Origin: Smithellaceae bacterium
GTDB lineage: Bacteria; Desulfobacterota; Syntrophia; Syntrophales; Smithellaceae
Direction: 5' to 3'
DNA: 64,000 nucleotides
Assembly: GCA_963667845.2 (NCBI GenBank)
Contig: CAXXVL010000001.1
Location: 160,001 to 224,000 of the forward strand
In this document: positions 28,932 to 39,424 of the stretch, one piece after another
Layout of the letters: every line of letters begins with the position of its first letter
Numbering within the stretch: the stretch's first letter is position 1
Translations under genes and position numbers: made by a program
Notes under the pieces: generated by a model
Database searches by the model: none
What the model was told of the DNA's origin: nothing
Seen by the model: only the letters and a program-made list of their open reading frames with translations

Positions 28932-30605
28932 ATGAAAAGTATTCGCGTAAAAGCACAAGGGTTCGCTTTCGTGGCATACATCATAATGATCTGCGGGTTA
29001 ATGACGTCGTGCGGCCCGGATAGCGATCAGTTGGCCTCCTACAGAGATCAGACGCTTCAGTGGCAGACATGTCCTCAGAACGTCCGCGACTATTTCGGCG
29101 AAAAAGTCGCGGAGCTCGATAAGCTTGGTGAGCGGGCCAAGTGCGCTTTTATGTGGGCGCCGCTGGATTACAACGATCTAATAAAAGGAGGCGTGAAGAT
29201 AGCCCTGCTGCGGGTTGCTGCCGAAGATCCAGGACAGCGGCTGGGGGCAATCATGCTCAATCCCGGCGGACCGGGAGCGGATGGGTTGAATGTGTCTGTT
29301 ATTCTGGGCGGTATCTGGACGAATGTAGATACTGCGGATCCGGTGATGTTGCTCTATAAAGAGCTGTCCCGGCGCTATGATCTCATCGGGTTCTCACCGC
29401 GGGGGACCGGTTTTAGCACGAATCTGAGTTGCCCTTCAGATGAATCGTTCAGATTTGAAGCAACGATGACCGTGGATTTAAGCCAGGAAAATACAGACAA
29501 TATTCTTTACAACTCCCGCCTGATTGCCGAAAACTGCAGCAAAAATCCACAGACGCCTTATATGAATTCGGAAACCACTGCCCGGGACATGGACCTGATG
29601 CGACACCTGCTTGGGGACAGTAAATTAAATTACATCGGTTTTTCTTACGGTACCTGGCTCGGTACCTGGTATGCCGGGCTCTATCCGGAACGTGTCGGCA
29701 GGATGCTGCTGATCGGCACTGCGAATATTACCCTGCCGCTCAACAATGTCCTTCTTCAACAGGGGATGGGGCAGCAGCGGGCGCTCGATCAGGCGCTGGT
29801 TCCTTATGCCGCCCGCCATAACGGTCGTTTTAGCTTGGGCACCACGAACGAAGAAGTAAAGCAATCCTATCTGTCTCTCAAAACCATGCCGGGCCATCTG
29901 CTGGCGGCTACCGCAAAACTGCTCCCGATTTCCAAATCAAAGGAAGCCGATAAAGCACTGCTCTACCTGCGCGCGGCGCAGAAGATGCAGGAATTTATCA
30001 CAGCTAATCCGAATGCCGATGAAACGGCTGTTCAGACCTGGATCAATACAGCACAATTCGTGACGGATCCCGCTCTCAACCAGCAGGCTCGCGCCAGGGC
30101 ATTGGAAATCGCGAACAAGTATTTTTCCATGGTGCGTCATGAAGTCGAGTCGGCGTCGATAAAGGGAGAGGATGCCCTCAAGTGGGCGGTCATGTGCAAC
30201 GACAGCGGAAGCGGTTTCGGCGTGAATGATTGGATCGATGAGAACAAGAAGAGCGTAGCTCTTTATCCTTTTTACGGCGGCTTCTGGGTGCAAAACGCAT
30301 GTCTCTTCTGGGATGCGCCAACGGTGCAGAGACCGGCCTTGGCTGTGGTGGCCAGTGCCGGAAATATCCTGATGCTGCAATCAGAGCTGGATCCATGGAC
30401 CACGCTGGAGGGGGCCAATACGACATTCGCAAGTTTACCGAACGCCAGCATGATCCTTATACAAAAGGAGTATTCACACTCACTGGTTCCTCCTTACGGA
30501 AAAGAGTGTGTCGACAGACCGGTGGCTGAATATTTTCTTTACGGGAAAATACCCCCTGATCGGTTGACAAAATGCGAGGGGAACCCTCTACCGGCAGATG
30601 CGTAG
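28932..30605 (+). CDS. Lipoprotein alpha/beta hydrolase (TAP-like peptidase)
   Basis: Lipobox-like LMTSC; NPGGPG, PRGTG, ARDMD, GFSYGT, DPWT and YSHS motifs. Confidence 0.9.
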   Translation: MKSIRVKAQGFAFVAYIIMICGLMTSCGPDSDQLASYRDQTLQWQTCPQNVRDYFGEKVAELDKLGERAKCAFMWAPLDYNDLIKGGVKIALLRVAAEDPGQRLGAIMLNPGGPGADGLNVSVILGGIWTNVDTADPVMLLYKELSRRYDLIGFSPRGTGFSTNLSCPSDESFRFEATMTVDLSQENTDNILYNSRLIAENCSKNPQTPYMNSETTARDMDLMRHLLGDSKLNYIGFSYGTWLGTWYAGLYPERVGRMLLIGTANITLPLNNVLLQQGMGQQRALDQALVPYAARHNGRFSLGTTNEEVKQSYLSLKTMPGHLLAATAKLLPISKSKEADKALLYLRAAQKMQEFITANPNADETAVQTWINTAQFVTDPALNQQARARALEIANKYFSMVRHEVESASIKGEDALKWAVMCNDSGSGFGVNDWIDENKKSVALYPFYGGFWVQNACLFWDAPTVQRPALAVVASAGNILMLQSELDPWTTLEGANTTFASLPNASMILIQKEYSHSLVPPYGKECVDRPVAEYFLYGKIPPDRLTKCEGNPLPADA

Positions 30606-30715
30606 GAAAATAGAGAAAAAATGAGGTGAGGTCTTGAAATATCAGTTTATGACGGTAGGGAGATTGCCCTTACAACCATATTGTTCGTCTCGGGTGTGTG
30701 CATTGCTCCAGGGAT

Positions 30716-31045
30716 TCATCGGCCATCGATTTTTTTCATAGCCTGCTCAATGGCCTGAGCACTTTCCGGACGGATCAGGCGTGCGACTTCGCATCCGTCC
30801 GTGAGGAATACCAGCGTGGGCCACAACTTGACCCCGAAGGAACGCCCCAGTGGACGGCCGCGGCCGTCTTCGACCTTGATGTGCAAAACTTGCGGATGTG
30901 CGGCGAATGCCCGCCGGATCAGCGGCTCCGCGTCCTGGCAGTATTCGCACCAGTCCGTGCAGAAGTGCAGGACGGCCGGTCCGCTTAGCGCATCGATGTC
31001 TTTGCGGGCGGGTTCGATTTCCACAAATTTAGTGCTGAAGGCCAT
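30716..31045 (-). CDS. Thioredoxin family protein
   Basis: WCEYC active site and cis-Pro WPT; RBS GAGGAG. Confidence 0.9.
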   Translation of the reverse strand: MAFSTKFVEIEPARKDIDALSGPAVLHFCTDWCEYCQDAEPLIRRAFAAHPQVLHIKVEDGRGRPLGRSFGVKLWPTLVFLTDGCEVARLIRPESAQAIEQAMKKIDGR

Positions 31046-31097
31046 TTTCGTTCTCCTCGTTGAATAATAAAATTATCCCCGAACATCACGTAAAGTT

Positions 31098-31123
31098 CGG
31101 CGCGCTCGGGGACCGCGCCCTAC
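31098..31123 (-). repeat. GTAG-type REP palindrome, copy 1
   Basis: Minus strand GTAGGGCGCGGTCCCCGAGCGCGCCG; second copy at 38370-38395. Confidence 0.8.
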
Positions 31124-31180
31124 AGAAAGCCATTGGGCGGAGAGCAACACAAAGACACCTGTAATGTGCCCGGCTGCCGC

Positions 31181-31543
31181 TTATTCCGGAATCGTGCAGT
31201 AAAGCCGTGAGTCCTCCAGAGCATCCGTGCGGTAATGCACAATATCCTGATAGGCCTTGGATCGGTTCATTTCGATGAATGCGTCAATGGACGGATATTC
31301 GTAAAGAGCGATGGCGTCCCACTGTTCGTCGCCGATGACCGGCATCAGGCCGTTGCCGCGGTAAACTACCCGGCTGATCGTTTCCCCGGCGAATAATGAT
31401 TTTGTCGCTTCATAATATTTTTGATATGTTTCTCTTCCGCCGTCGCGTTTGAATCTCAGCAGATTGACCATAACAACCGGTCCCTTGTAATCCTGAGATA
31501 GGAGCTCTTTGAACTGATCCCTGGTTGGCATGATAAAAGTCAT
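31181..31543 (-). CDS. DUF1330-like protein
   Basis: GPVVMVNLLRF, WD.IALYEYPS..AFIEM...Y and R..ALEDSRL motifs. Confidence 0.85.
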   Translation of the reverse strand: MTFIMPTRDQFKELLSQDYKGPVVMVNLLRFKRDGGRETYQKYYEATKSLFAGETISRVVYRGNGLMPVIGDEQWDAIALYEYPSIDAFIEMNRSKAYQDIVHYRTDALEDSRLYCTIPE

Positions 31544-31624
31544 ATTATATCTCCTTGTTTTCGGTTTTCTTTCGCAGCACAGTCATCCACGCAACCGGCG
31601 CTGCCTCCGTTCGGTTTCATTGAA

Positions 31625-32509
31625 TCACTTTCCATCGATCGCAGCGGCCCAGATCTCGGTCCAGGCGGCCTCGTTTTTGCGCCGAAACAGGTTCTGGTGG
31701 CCGAGCGCCCCGACTCCCAGGTCGGCGGGCCTCCTCAGACGAATCTCTTTTTCGGCGCGGGGCATGAATTGCAGAAACGTTTGCGCGCTCTCGGCGGTGG
31801 TCAGCGGATCGTCGGAGAAGACATACGAAATGATCGGCGCCTTCATTTCATTAAACTGGTGGGGTTTCAGCCGGTCCGCAAGTTCGCGGCGGAAGTAGTC
31901 GCCCCTGTGACACCAGCGGCGCCAGGTGCGGAAGGCGCCTGCGGGCAGGGTGGAGCCTCCCCAGAGGCCGCCCGCGGGAATGTACCCTTTCATCAAGAGC
32001 TGCAGGGGTCCATAGATCCACCAGAAGAACAGGTCGAGGAGTTGCTGCTCCGGAAAACGATGTGTCCACCAGGTCCCTAACCCGACGCCGATGAAGATGT
32101 GGCGGACGATCTTATCCTGGTTGGGCATGAAACCGGCCAGGTGTCCGCCGGCGCTGTTTGCGATGTGGACAACGGGCACGCCGGGTGCCGCCGCGATCAG
32201 CCGCTCGAGGGCCGCCGCCATGTCCAGCCGGCCCCAGTCCGGATAATCCATTTTGAATGATCTGAGGTCGGCGGGCGCCGACGCGCCGACTCCGCGGTAG
32301 TCGTAAACGAGGCAGGCGGCGCCGCGCACCGCACCCACGCGCGCGAAGGGCAGATAAAATTCCTTGGGAAACCCGGTTGCCGCGGAGATGAGCACGGCCG
32401 TGTGCGGCTGATCCGGAAGCAGCAATGTGCCGGCAAGCTCAAACCCGTCCGCCGCGGGAAACCTGACCTTGTTTTCAGATACCCTCTGTTCATCGCTTGC
32501 GGCTGCCAT
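31625..32509 (-). CDS. Predicted alpha/beta hydrolase
   Basis: YDYRGVGAS, WGRLD, nucleophile elbow ANSAGG, SDD and LGH motifs. Confidence 0.88.
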   Translation of the reverse strand: MAAASDEQRVSENKVRFPAADGFELAGTLLLPDQPHTAVLISAATGFPKEFYLPFARVGAVRGAACLVYDYRGVGASAPADLRSFKMDYPDWGRLDMAAALERLIAAAPGVPVVHIANSAGGHLAGFMPNQDKIVRHIFIGVGLGTWWTHRFPEQQLLDLFFWWIYGPLQLLMKGYIPAGGLWGGSTLPAGAFRTWRRWCHRGDYFRRELADRLKPHQFNEMKAPIISYVFSDDPLTTAESAQTFLQFMPRAEKEIRLRRPADLGVGALGHQNLFRRKNEAAWTEIWAAAIDGK

Positions 32510-32794
32510 TCAAGCGCTTCCTCCCGATTGCTTTTTTGCCGGCGTCTCTTTTCCTCTGCAGAGGCAGGACCGGCATTTTGATGGAATACCGGTGCGCCGT
32601 ACAGGTATTTTTCGAATCGTCAATCGGTATAACCCTGTACAAAGTCGCCGAGCGCGCCCTTTTGGTCGTGCGACGCCCTGATGGATCGACATGCCTTCTT
32701 ACCAGCTTTTTGCAGGAAATGAAATAGAGTCAAAACCGTTGAACCTGAAAAGCCCGGACAAAATTCGCCCGCATTTTGCCGCCCAAATCGTCCT

Positions 32795-32823
32795 TTGACA
32801 CGCGTCCTCATTTTTCCTATACT
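32795..32823 (+). promoter_or_regulatory. Sigma70 promoter
   Basis: TTGACA-17 bp-TATACT. Confidence 0.75.
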
Positions 32824-32948
32824 CTCCACGGTCAAGTTTGTTTCTGCCGGTAGCTGCGCCAGAGTTCGCGCAATGCCGCCGGAAGCGCCGGACTGATCTT
32901 CGCTTTTTGAGGAGTGCTGCGGCTCTGATCCTATTGAGGAGGACACTG

Positions 32949-34187
32949 ATGAAGCTCTATGAATTTACTAAATCGTACCAGCTGTTTGAGGAAGCGCAGA
33001 AGTATCTGCCCAATGGCATTTACGGGCCCCGCACGCCGGCCTTCCTCACTTTCGGATCTTATCCGGCTTTTATCAAGCGCGGCGAAGGCTGCCGGATCTG
33101 GGATGTGGATGGGAATGAATTCATCGATTACATGTGCTCCTTCGGGACTAATCTGCTGGGGCTGAAGAATCCGAAAGTGGACGCGGCGGCGAAGAAACAA
33201 TGGGAAAACGCCGACTGCTTCACGCTGCCTTCGGATTTGTGGCTGCCGCTGGCCAAAAAGATGGTGGAGACGATCGACGGCCTCGACTGGTGCGTATTCG
33301 GGAAAAACGGCTCGGACGTGACCTCGTACGCGATCACCCTGGCCCGGGTTTACACCGGGAAAATGGACATCCTGCTGGCAAAGGGTTCTTATCACGGATC
33401 CCACTTCTGGTGCCAGCCGCACGGACAGGGCGTGCCCGATGAGTGGAAAAGCCACATATACTATTTTGAATACAACGATGCGGAGGACTTCAAGCGCGTC
33501 TGGGCCGAGCATCAGGGCACCGTTGCGGGCGTGGTGCTCACCCCGCACCGTCACGACGCCATGCGGGACCAGGAACTGCCGAAGCCCGAGTTTGTTGATG
33601 CGGTCAACAGCCTTGCCTCAAAAGACGGTTTCATGGTCATCATCGACGACGTCCGCTGCGGATTCCGCCTGGACATCGCGGGAAGCTCGAAGCATTACGG
33701 CTGGAAGGCCGATATCCAGTGCTTCGGCAAGGCCATGGCCAACGGCTACGCCATTTCCGTGGCCGGAGCACGCCGCGAGCTGATGGAGGCGGCCAAGACC
33801 ATCTTTTTCACCGGCACCCATTTCTTCTCGGGCGTTCCCTTTGCCGCTGCTCTGGCCTGCATCGACGAAATCCAAGAGAGCTCCGCTATTGAATATATTC
33901 ACCGGATGGGAACGATGTTCATGAAAGGACTTGCCGATGCGGCAGCGGCGGAAGGTCTGAAAGTGAGCGTCACCGGTCCACCGGCCATGCCCTACATGAC
34001 GTTTGCCGATGATCCGCTGTTTGAGACCAACCGGTTCTTCTGCGGCGAGGCGGCCCGGCGGGGCATCTTCCTCCATCCGCACCACAACTGGTTTGTTTGC
34101 GCGGCCATGCAGGAAGCGGATATTCAAAAGACACTGGATGTCGCATCCGTTTGCTTCAAGCTCACCAGGGAAAAGATCGGCGGCTGA
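32949..34187 (+). CDS. Class III aminotransferase (glutamate-1-semialdehyde aminomutase-like)
   Basis: WDVDGNEFIDY, GSYHG, DDVRCGFR and FGKAMANG (PLP Lys) motifs; RBS GAGGAGG. Confidence 0.92.
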   Translation: MKLYEFTKSYQLFEEAQKYLPNGIYGPRTPAFLTFGSYPAFIKRGEGCRIWDVDGNEFIDYMCSFGTNLLGLKNPKVDAAAKKQWENADCFTLPSDLWLPLAKKMVETIDGLDWCVFGKNGSDVTSYAITLARVYTGKMDILLAKGSYHGSHFWCQPHGQGVPDEWKSHIYYFEYNDAEDFKRVWAEHQGTVAGVVLTPHRHDAMRDQELPKPEFVDAVNSLASKDGFMVIIDDVRCGFRLDIAGSSKHYGWKADIQCFGKAMANGYAISVAGARRELMEAAKTIFFTGTHFFSGVPFAAALACIDEIQESSAIEYIHRMGTMFMKGLADAAAAEGLKVSVTGPPAMPYMTFADDPLFETNRFFCGEAARRGIFLHPHHNWFVCAAMQEADIQKTLDVASVCFKLTREKIGG

Positions 34188-34371
34188 GGCGCGCGACTCG
34201 GGGCGGTTCAACTCTGTGGCGCGTTCAAGCTTGCAGTTTGAACCCATTCAGTTTTTTCTTTTTCATGATTGGAATAGGCAGTTGAATCTGCAGCAGGATC
34301 AAATGACGGGTTCAATCAGCATGATTGAGCCTGCGAAAGAGATTTCGCTGCATTGAATGGTTATCATATCA

Positions 34372-34851
34372 TCATTGCTTTCTTGAATATGTATGATTGC
34401 AATACGAACCGCCATTTCCAATGGTTTGTTCTCTTGCAAAATTCCAATATTCCTTATTTTCCTTTGCATGCATCCAATCTCCTGCACATGAGTATTTGCA
34501 TAGCTCTGACAGTCCAAATAGTGTCAGCATTTTTGTGACAGGACAAAACTGAAATCTGAATTCAATTTTGTCCTGTGTTTCATTTTCAATTCTTAAATGC
34601 AGAAGTTTCCTGAAAAATAAAAAGTTTCTTTTAATTTTTTGCTTAAATATTGGAAATTCCAGTTTTGAATTTATACGCGGGACTATTACTTTCGCTACTA
34701 ATGTAGCTGCCAATATCAGTTGCTTACCTACAATTCGAATTGATCTTTGTTTTCCCAAAAATGGTATTAATGTATAGGTCTGTAAAACAAAAGGCAGGGT
34801 GAATATAAAAACAAGTAACCATGATAATACCAGCAACGAAAAATATTGCAT
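34372..34851 (-). CDS. ATC-hydrolase-family (V4R-like) protein, AT-rich
   Basis: CP...ELC...C.GD and R..TIG.GGSYC.H.Y pattern. Confidence 0.7.
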   Translation of the reverse strand: MQYFSLLVLSWLLVFIFTLPFVLQTYTLIPFLGKQRSIRIVGKQLILAATLVAKVIVPRINSKLEFPIFKQKIKRNFLFFRKLLHLRIENETQDKIEFRFQFCPVTKMLTLFGLSELCKYSCAGDWMHAKENKEYWNFAREQTIGNGGSYCNHTYSRKQ

Positions 34852-35305
34852 ATCACTTCACATAGATGATGGTTAAGCGGCCTGTTCCGGACTCGGCATG
34901 ACAAATCGCATGTTCTTGGAACCTGTTTTCTCAACCGGCGGGCATGCTCACAGGTGATTTTGTGTTTGTCGCCGATTTCCGGAGCGATGAAATTTCAACT
35001 TCTAAACTTCCTTAACCGGGATGCTGTGCTCTCATCTTGATCAAGCGGCGTTAAAATGCAGCTGTGTATACTCGCCGGTCGTTGCCTCAATCTAATCTCA
35101 GGGAGTAAAGTAAACAATAATAGTTAAATGGCAGGATATTGACAGATGGAAACTGCTATGAAAGATGCAATGGAAGCATCGAGAAACAAAACCCTATCAG
35201 GGTAATGGAAAATGGGTTCAGGTTTCGAGATATCAGTTTGGAAGAAATGGTGCCCTGCTTTTCAGTTCTTGACGTTTGGCCGCGACAACCGACTACTTGA
35301 ACAAA

Positions 35306-35488
35306 TTAAAGATACTTATTACAAATGAAAATAGCAGTAACATCGTATATAAAATAATAAATACCTCCGGTGACCTGTAATCTTTGTATCTTTGTATCCA
35401 TTAAATGGTGAAATTTCCCATCCTTATAAATCCACAAAAGCATTGCTGCTGAAAAAAATATTATAATAATCCATAAAGCTATATTCAT
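35306..35488 (-). CDS. Small AT-rich hydrophobic ORF, possibly a fragment
   Basis: 60-aa ORF with an N-terminal TM segment in the AT-rich patch. Confidence 0.35.
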   Translation of the reverse strand: MNIALWIIIIFFSAAMLLWIYKDGKFHHLMDTKIQRLQVTGGIYYFIYDVTAIFICNKYL

Positions 35489-35619
35489 CGGATAATCCTT
35501 TTTTTATTATGCTGAGCGTACCAGCGAACGTGCTTCAAAATATCAAACCGTCTTTCTGCAATCAAGTATGAATTCACCTCCAGGAGATGGACAATTGACG
35601 GTGATAAAAAGGACATCCT

Positions 35620-35767
35620 GCCCTTCAAAGCTATTTTTGCCTTGAATGCAGATGCATGATTCCTTTCCGGTCTTTTGCTCATATGACACTTCCCCCGCCT
35701 TCTTCTTTTTGCATTATGGAGCAGCTTTCCCGGGTATGTCACTGTCTCGTTTTGCCGGACCAGCTCA
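35620..35767 (-). mobile_element. IS3-family left-end remnant
   Basis: Minus strand TGAGCTGGTCCGGCAAAACGAGACAG (IR-like, begins TG), then MSKRPERNHASAFKAKIAL (OrfA N-terminus, ATG 35682), truncated. Confidence 0.75.
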
Positions 35768-35898
35768 CTATGATCTATCCCGGAAACTTGCATCACACCC
35801 AAGTTAGCGTTCGGTCATTTTGTATGTGGCAAGATATTCCTTGACTGCTTTCCAACGAACCATTAGAACTTTAGAAAAATAGCGGAAAGGAATAAATT

Positions 35899-37461
35899 AT
35901 GTGCTCTCGAAAATTAAAGCTGATTGTGGCTGTCTTGTTCACTGTTTTCAGTCTTGCTGCCTGCAACCCGGGTGATGATTTTCCGAGCCCTGGCGTAACA
36001 CCGCCAGCTGCACCGGGAATTCCGACCGTTACTGCCGGTAATGCACAATTGACAGTTACCTGGACCGCGGTAACAGGTGCAACCAGCTATGAGGTGTACT
36101 TCAACACAACAAACAATCTATCAACTGCAACACTTTTTGCGGGCGACCCCGACAATACAGATACTACCTGCATTATAACAGGGCTCACGAATGGCACTCC
36201 GTACTACGTCTGGGTAAAGGCGAAGAACAGCGCAGGGACGAGCGATGCAAGCCCCGTCGCGACGGGAACGCCAGTCGCTGCCTCGTGGCCCGGTACGGTA
36301 CAGTTCGGAAGCACCGAATTTGATTCGGCTGAGGGGATTGCCCTGGATGCCAGCGGCAATATCTACGTCGGAGGCTATACATATGGCGCCTTCCCCGGCT
36401 TTCCACGTGCTACTACTGACGGCGACGCTACTATTGTAAAGCTTGACCCTTCAGGCACCATCACTGGGTCATATCAGTCGCTGATGGCTAACGACGATTA
36501 TATCTATGGCGTCGTCGTCGATGGAGAAAATAATCTGATTGTCACGGGGATTAAGCACGATATCGACTATAACGCCACGTCCTTCATCAGTAAATACAAT
36601 TCCGACCTGACGCTTCTTTGGTCGAGAGACTTTCCGATAACCGATTACAGAGCTTACGCGGTTACCGTGGATGGCAGCAACAACATATACGCCGCCGGGG
36701 ATACGCCTTCGCCTTTCGGCAATGGCTTTGTCATCAAGTACGACAAGGCGGGGAACTACCAGTGGACGGGGACCGTAGGGACCGCAACGGATGAGAGGGA
36801 AATAAAGGGAGTGGCAACGGACGGCAGCCATGTCTATATTACCGGAATGACGATGGGGACGTTTCCAGGCAACTCTCTGGTGGGAGAATACGATGCCTTT
36901 GTCGCGAAGTTGAGACAGACAGACGGAGTCCAGGTCGCAGTCAAGCAGTTCGGAACGACTCAAAACGATGACCCTCGAAGAATAGTTGTGGATTCAACTA
37001 GAAATGTCGTGTGGGTAGTCGGGTACACCAATGGAAGTTTCCCGGGGTTTACGATCGCCGGTGCTTCTGATGTTTTTGTTGCGAGGTTGGGGACGGCCGC
37101 ACTCGATCTCCTGGATACCAAGCAGTTCGGCACTGTGGGTGGGGGTAACGATGAGGCCTGGGGGATCGATCTGGATGCGAGCGGCAATGCCTATGTGGGG
37201 GGGTGGGTGTACGGAGCCATTGATGGAGAGACATTTGCCGGGGGCTCGGACGGTTTCCTGATCAAGTATGACCCAACCGGAGCGAGGCTGTGGACAAGGG
37301 AGTTCGGAAGCGCTGCCAATGAAAATGTTAAAGCTGTGAAAGTCGCCGGGGGATATGTCTACGTAACCGGTTATACCTATGGTACGTGGGATGGCAGCAC
37401 GCAAATCGGCAACGGTGATCAATATGTGGTTAAGTACAGCACTGCCGGAGTCAAGCAATAA
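35899..37461 (+). CDS. Lipoprotein with FN3 domain and SBBP-type beta-propeller repeats
   Basis: Lipobox LAAC; FN3 (W..VTGATSY, GLTNGTPYY.WVKA.NSAG); repeated IALDASGNIYV.G.T units. Confidence 0.9.
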   Translation: MCSRKLKLIVAVLFTVFSLAACNPGDDFPSPGVTPPAAPGIPTVTAGNAQLTVTWTAVTGATSYEVYFNTTNNLSTATLFAGDPDNTDTTCIITGLTNGTPYYVWVKAKNSAGTSDASPVATGTPVAASWPGTVQFGSTEFDSAEGIALDASGNIYVGGYTYGAFPGFPRATTDGDATIVKLDPSGTITGSYQSLMANDDYIYGVVVDGENNLIVTGIKHDIDYNATSFISKYNSDLTLLWSRDFPITDYRAYAVTVDGSNNIYAAGDTPSPFGNGFVIKYDKAGNYQWTGTVGTATDEREIKGVATDGSHVYITGMTMGTFPGNSLVGEYDAFVAKLRQTDGVQVAVKQFGTTQNDDPRRIVVDSTRNVVWVVGYTNGSFPGFTIAGASDVFVARLGTAALDLLDTKQFGTVGGGNDEAWGIDLDASGNAYVGGWVYGAIDGETFAGGSDGFLIKYDPTGARLWTREFGSAANENVKAVKVAGGYVYVTGYTYGTWDGSTQIGNGDQYVVKYSTAGVKQ

Positions 37462-37483
37462 ACAGGATAGATAATCGAGAATA

Positions 37484-37516
37484 GAAAAGGCAGAGCCGCG
37501 GCTCTGCCTTTTCTTA
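37484..37516 (+). terminator. Rho-independent terminator
   Basis: AAAAGGCAGAGCC..GGCTCTGCCTTTT. Confidence 0.85.
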
Positions 37517-37796
37517 TTTTTGTACAGAGTGGATAGAGGGATGCTGCTGATTTATTAAATCAGCATGCTCGGCTGGTAATCATGATTTTGAGAAGAAGAT
37601 CGTAAGACTGACAAGTCGTGTGTTACAGCGGAAAATACCCGGACCTGGGGAAGGTAATAAGACTGATTTAATGTTATGTCGCCTGAATTACGTAAGAGCG
37701 TCTGCAATGGGCACCAGCTATCGAAATGAGTCTTCTTCCCCAGATGGGAGAACGGTCGATCATAAAATACTATACTTATTCGGATCGGCTTTGGGA

Positions 37797-38282
37797 TTAT
37801 TCCTGGGGAGGCTCTTTTTCCTCCAGAACGTAGCGAACCTTGAGCGATAAGTCCGGGCGCAGAGAGTTATAAACGGAACAGTACTTGTCACGTGACAGGG
37901 CAATGGCGCGCTCCACTTTCTTCGGGTCCAGATGATTTCCGGCAATGTGTAGAACGATGTCGACGGCTTTGTAATATTGCGGCGGCGTCGGATTGCGCTC
38001 CCCTTCAATTTCCACCCGAAAACTCGCCGGTTCCATCCGCATCTTCTTCAGGATCGACATGACATCAATCCCCAGACAGCCGGCCAGGCTCAACAGAAGG
38101 GCCTCCGTCGGTTTGCATCCCCACTGCGCCTGGGCATCGAATTCAATCTCGTATCCCTGCGGCGTGGACCCGGTGAACACCAGATCACGCTGCCAGACCA
38201 GAGCGGTCTTCACGACCTGATCAATCTTTTGCTTGTAGCCGGCGGCCTGCAATTCATCGGAAATATCTTTGTCCTCAGCCAT
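37797..38282 (-). CDS. OsmC family protein
   Basis: PTEALLLSLAGC..ID and KYCSV two-Cys motifs; start at ATG 38282 after RBS GAGGTG. Confidence 0.9.
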   Translation of the reverse strand: MAEDKDISDELQAAGYKQKIDQVVKTALVWQRDLVFTGSTPQGYEIEFDAQAQWGCKPTEALLLSLAGCLGIDVMSILKKMRMEPASFRVEIEGERNPTPPQYYKAVDIVLHIAGNHLDPKKVERAIALSRDKYCSVYNSLRPDLSLKVRYVLEEKEPPQE

Positions 38283-38369
38283 GTCTTTCACCTCTTGCGC
38301 GACAGTATATACGGGCACGGCATCCGGGTCAAATATTTGTTGGCCGCAAATGCCATAGCAAGCAATGGC

Positions 38370-38395
38370 CGGCGCGCTCGGGGACCGCGCCCTGC
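38370..38395 (-). repeat. GTAG-type REP palindrome, copy 2
   Basis: Identical to 31098-31123 except GCAG for GTAG. Confidence 0.75.
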
Positions 38396-38484
38396 ATACC
38401 GGCGTTGAGTCGGAGCAAACCGGCGGGATGCCGCTGAAATCCGAGGGACGGAAGGACATGCGGTATTGTCCCCCTTGATTCCCC

Positions 38485-39162
38485 TCAATCCTTCAATCCC
38501 CGGTGCGTCTTCCAGTATTCATATTCGTACGGCCATTCCTCTCTGCGGTATTGCATCAGAGAACGCATGCGCTCATGGAACGTCCGTGTCACCTCCGCGT
38601 ATGCGGAATTCTTTTCCTTGTTTTTCCAGGCCTGGACAAGCCTCTCGCCCAGGGCCCAAGCCCTTTCCACGATCTCCGAGGGAAAATCATAATCCCGGAT
38701 CTGCCCCATCGTCGCCCAGACGGCGCCAACCGGAACCGCACCCGTAATGGCGAGAAAATGCTGCATGTAGTCCGCGATGGGCGCTTCATCGCCGCCGCCC
38801 GACGTGACCACGGCCGCACCGTATTTCCCCCCGAACTCCTGCAGATGAAGCACACCGGCGCATCGGTCAAAGAAGGCTTTCAATTGAGCGGAGACATGAA
38901 ATATATAGTTGGGACTTGCCAGAATAATGCCGTCGGCTTTATCGATGCTTTCCCTGATCGCCCCGAAAGAGTCCTTCTGCGGGCATATGCCGTCCCGGTG
39001 ACAGATATCGCAGGCTCTGCACGGTTTGATCTCATGGCCCTTGATGGTAAAAATTTCCGTGTCGGCTCCCTGCCGCGCGGCCCCCTCGATCACGATTTGC
39101 GCGAGCCTGCCGGTCGCTCCTTTTGTGCCTCGGGGACTGCCGATAATCGCAGTGATCTTCAT
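38485..39162 (-). CDS. Iron-sulfur flavoprotein (flavodoxin-fold, Isf-like)
   Basis: GSPR..G.T, CRACDIC....C and ASPNY...SAQLK.FFDR motifs. Confidence 0.9.
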   Translation of the reverse strand: MKITAIIGSPRGTKGATGRLAQIVIEGAARQGADTEIFTIKGHEIKPCRACDICHRDGICPQKDSFGAIRESIDKADGIILASPNYIFHVSAQLKAFFDRCAGVLHLQEFGGKYGAAVVTSGGGDEAPIADYMQHFLAITGAVPVGAVWATMGQIRDYDFPSEIVERAWALGERLVQAWKNKEKNSAYAEVTRTFHERMRSLMQYRREEWPYEYEYWKTHRGLKD

Positions 39163-39424
39163 ATGCATTTCCCTCCCCATGAATGGTATCTGTCCTTGAA
39201 TATTTACCACGTTTAGAATTGAAGTTCCCCATCTTTTTTATCGACAGGGATGGCCTCGGGCCGAGGGAGTTCTCTGCAACATTCTCTTTGATTTACTGAA
39301 ACCCGACGTGATAGATTATGAGTGTAAGATAGCGGTGAAGAAAAGTGCGCAGATAGACGGCGTCCGGTGCATTGCATTTTTAGAGTGAGCCGCTCATGCG
39401 GTTCCGATGAGTGCGGCGCGCTAT

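Noticed and set aside
32949..34187. Calling the aminotransferase hemL
   Set aside because: GSA-aminomutase-like but divergent and outside any tetrapyrrole gene context, so the substrate cannot be assigned.
35485..35802. 105-aa ORF
   Set aside because: Chimeric read-through of the IS3 end and unrelated AT-rich DNA.
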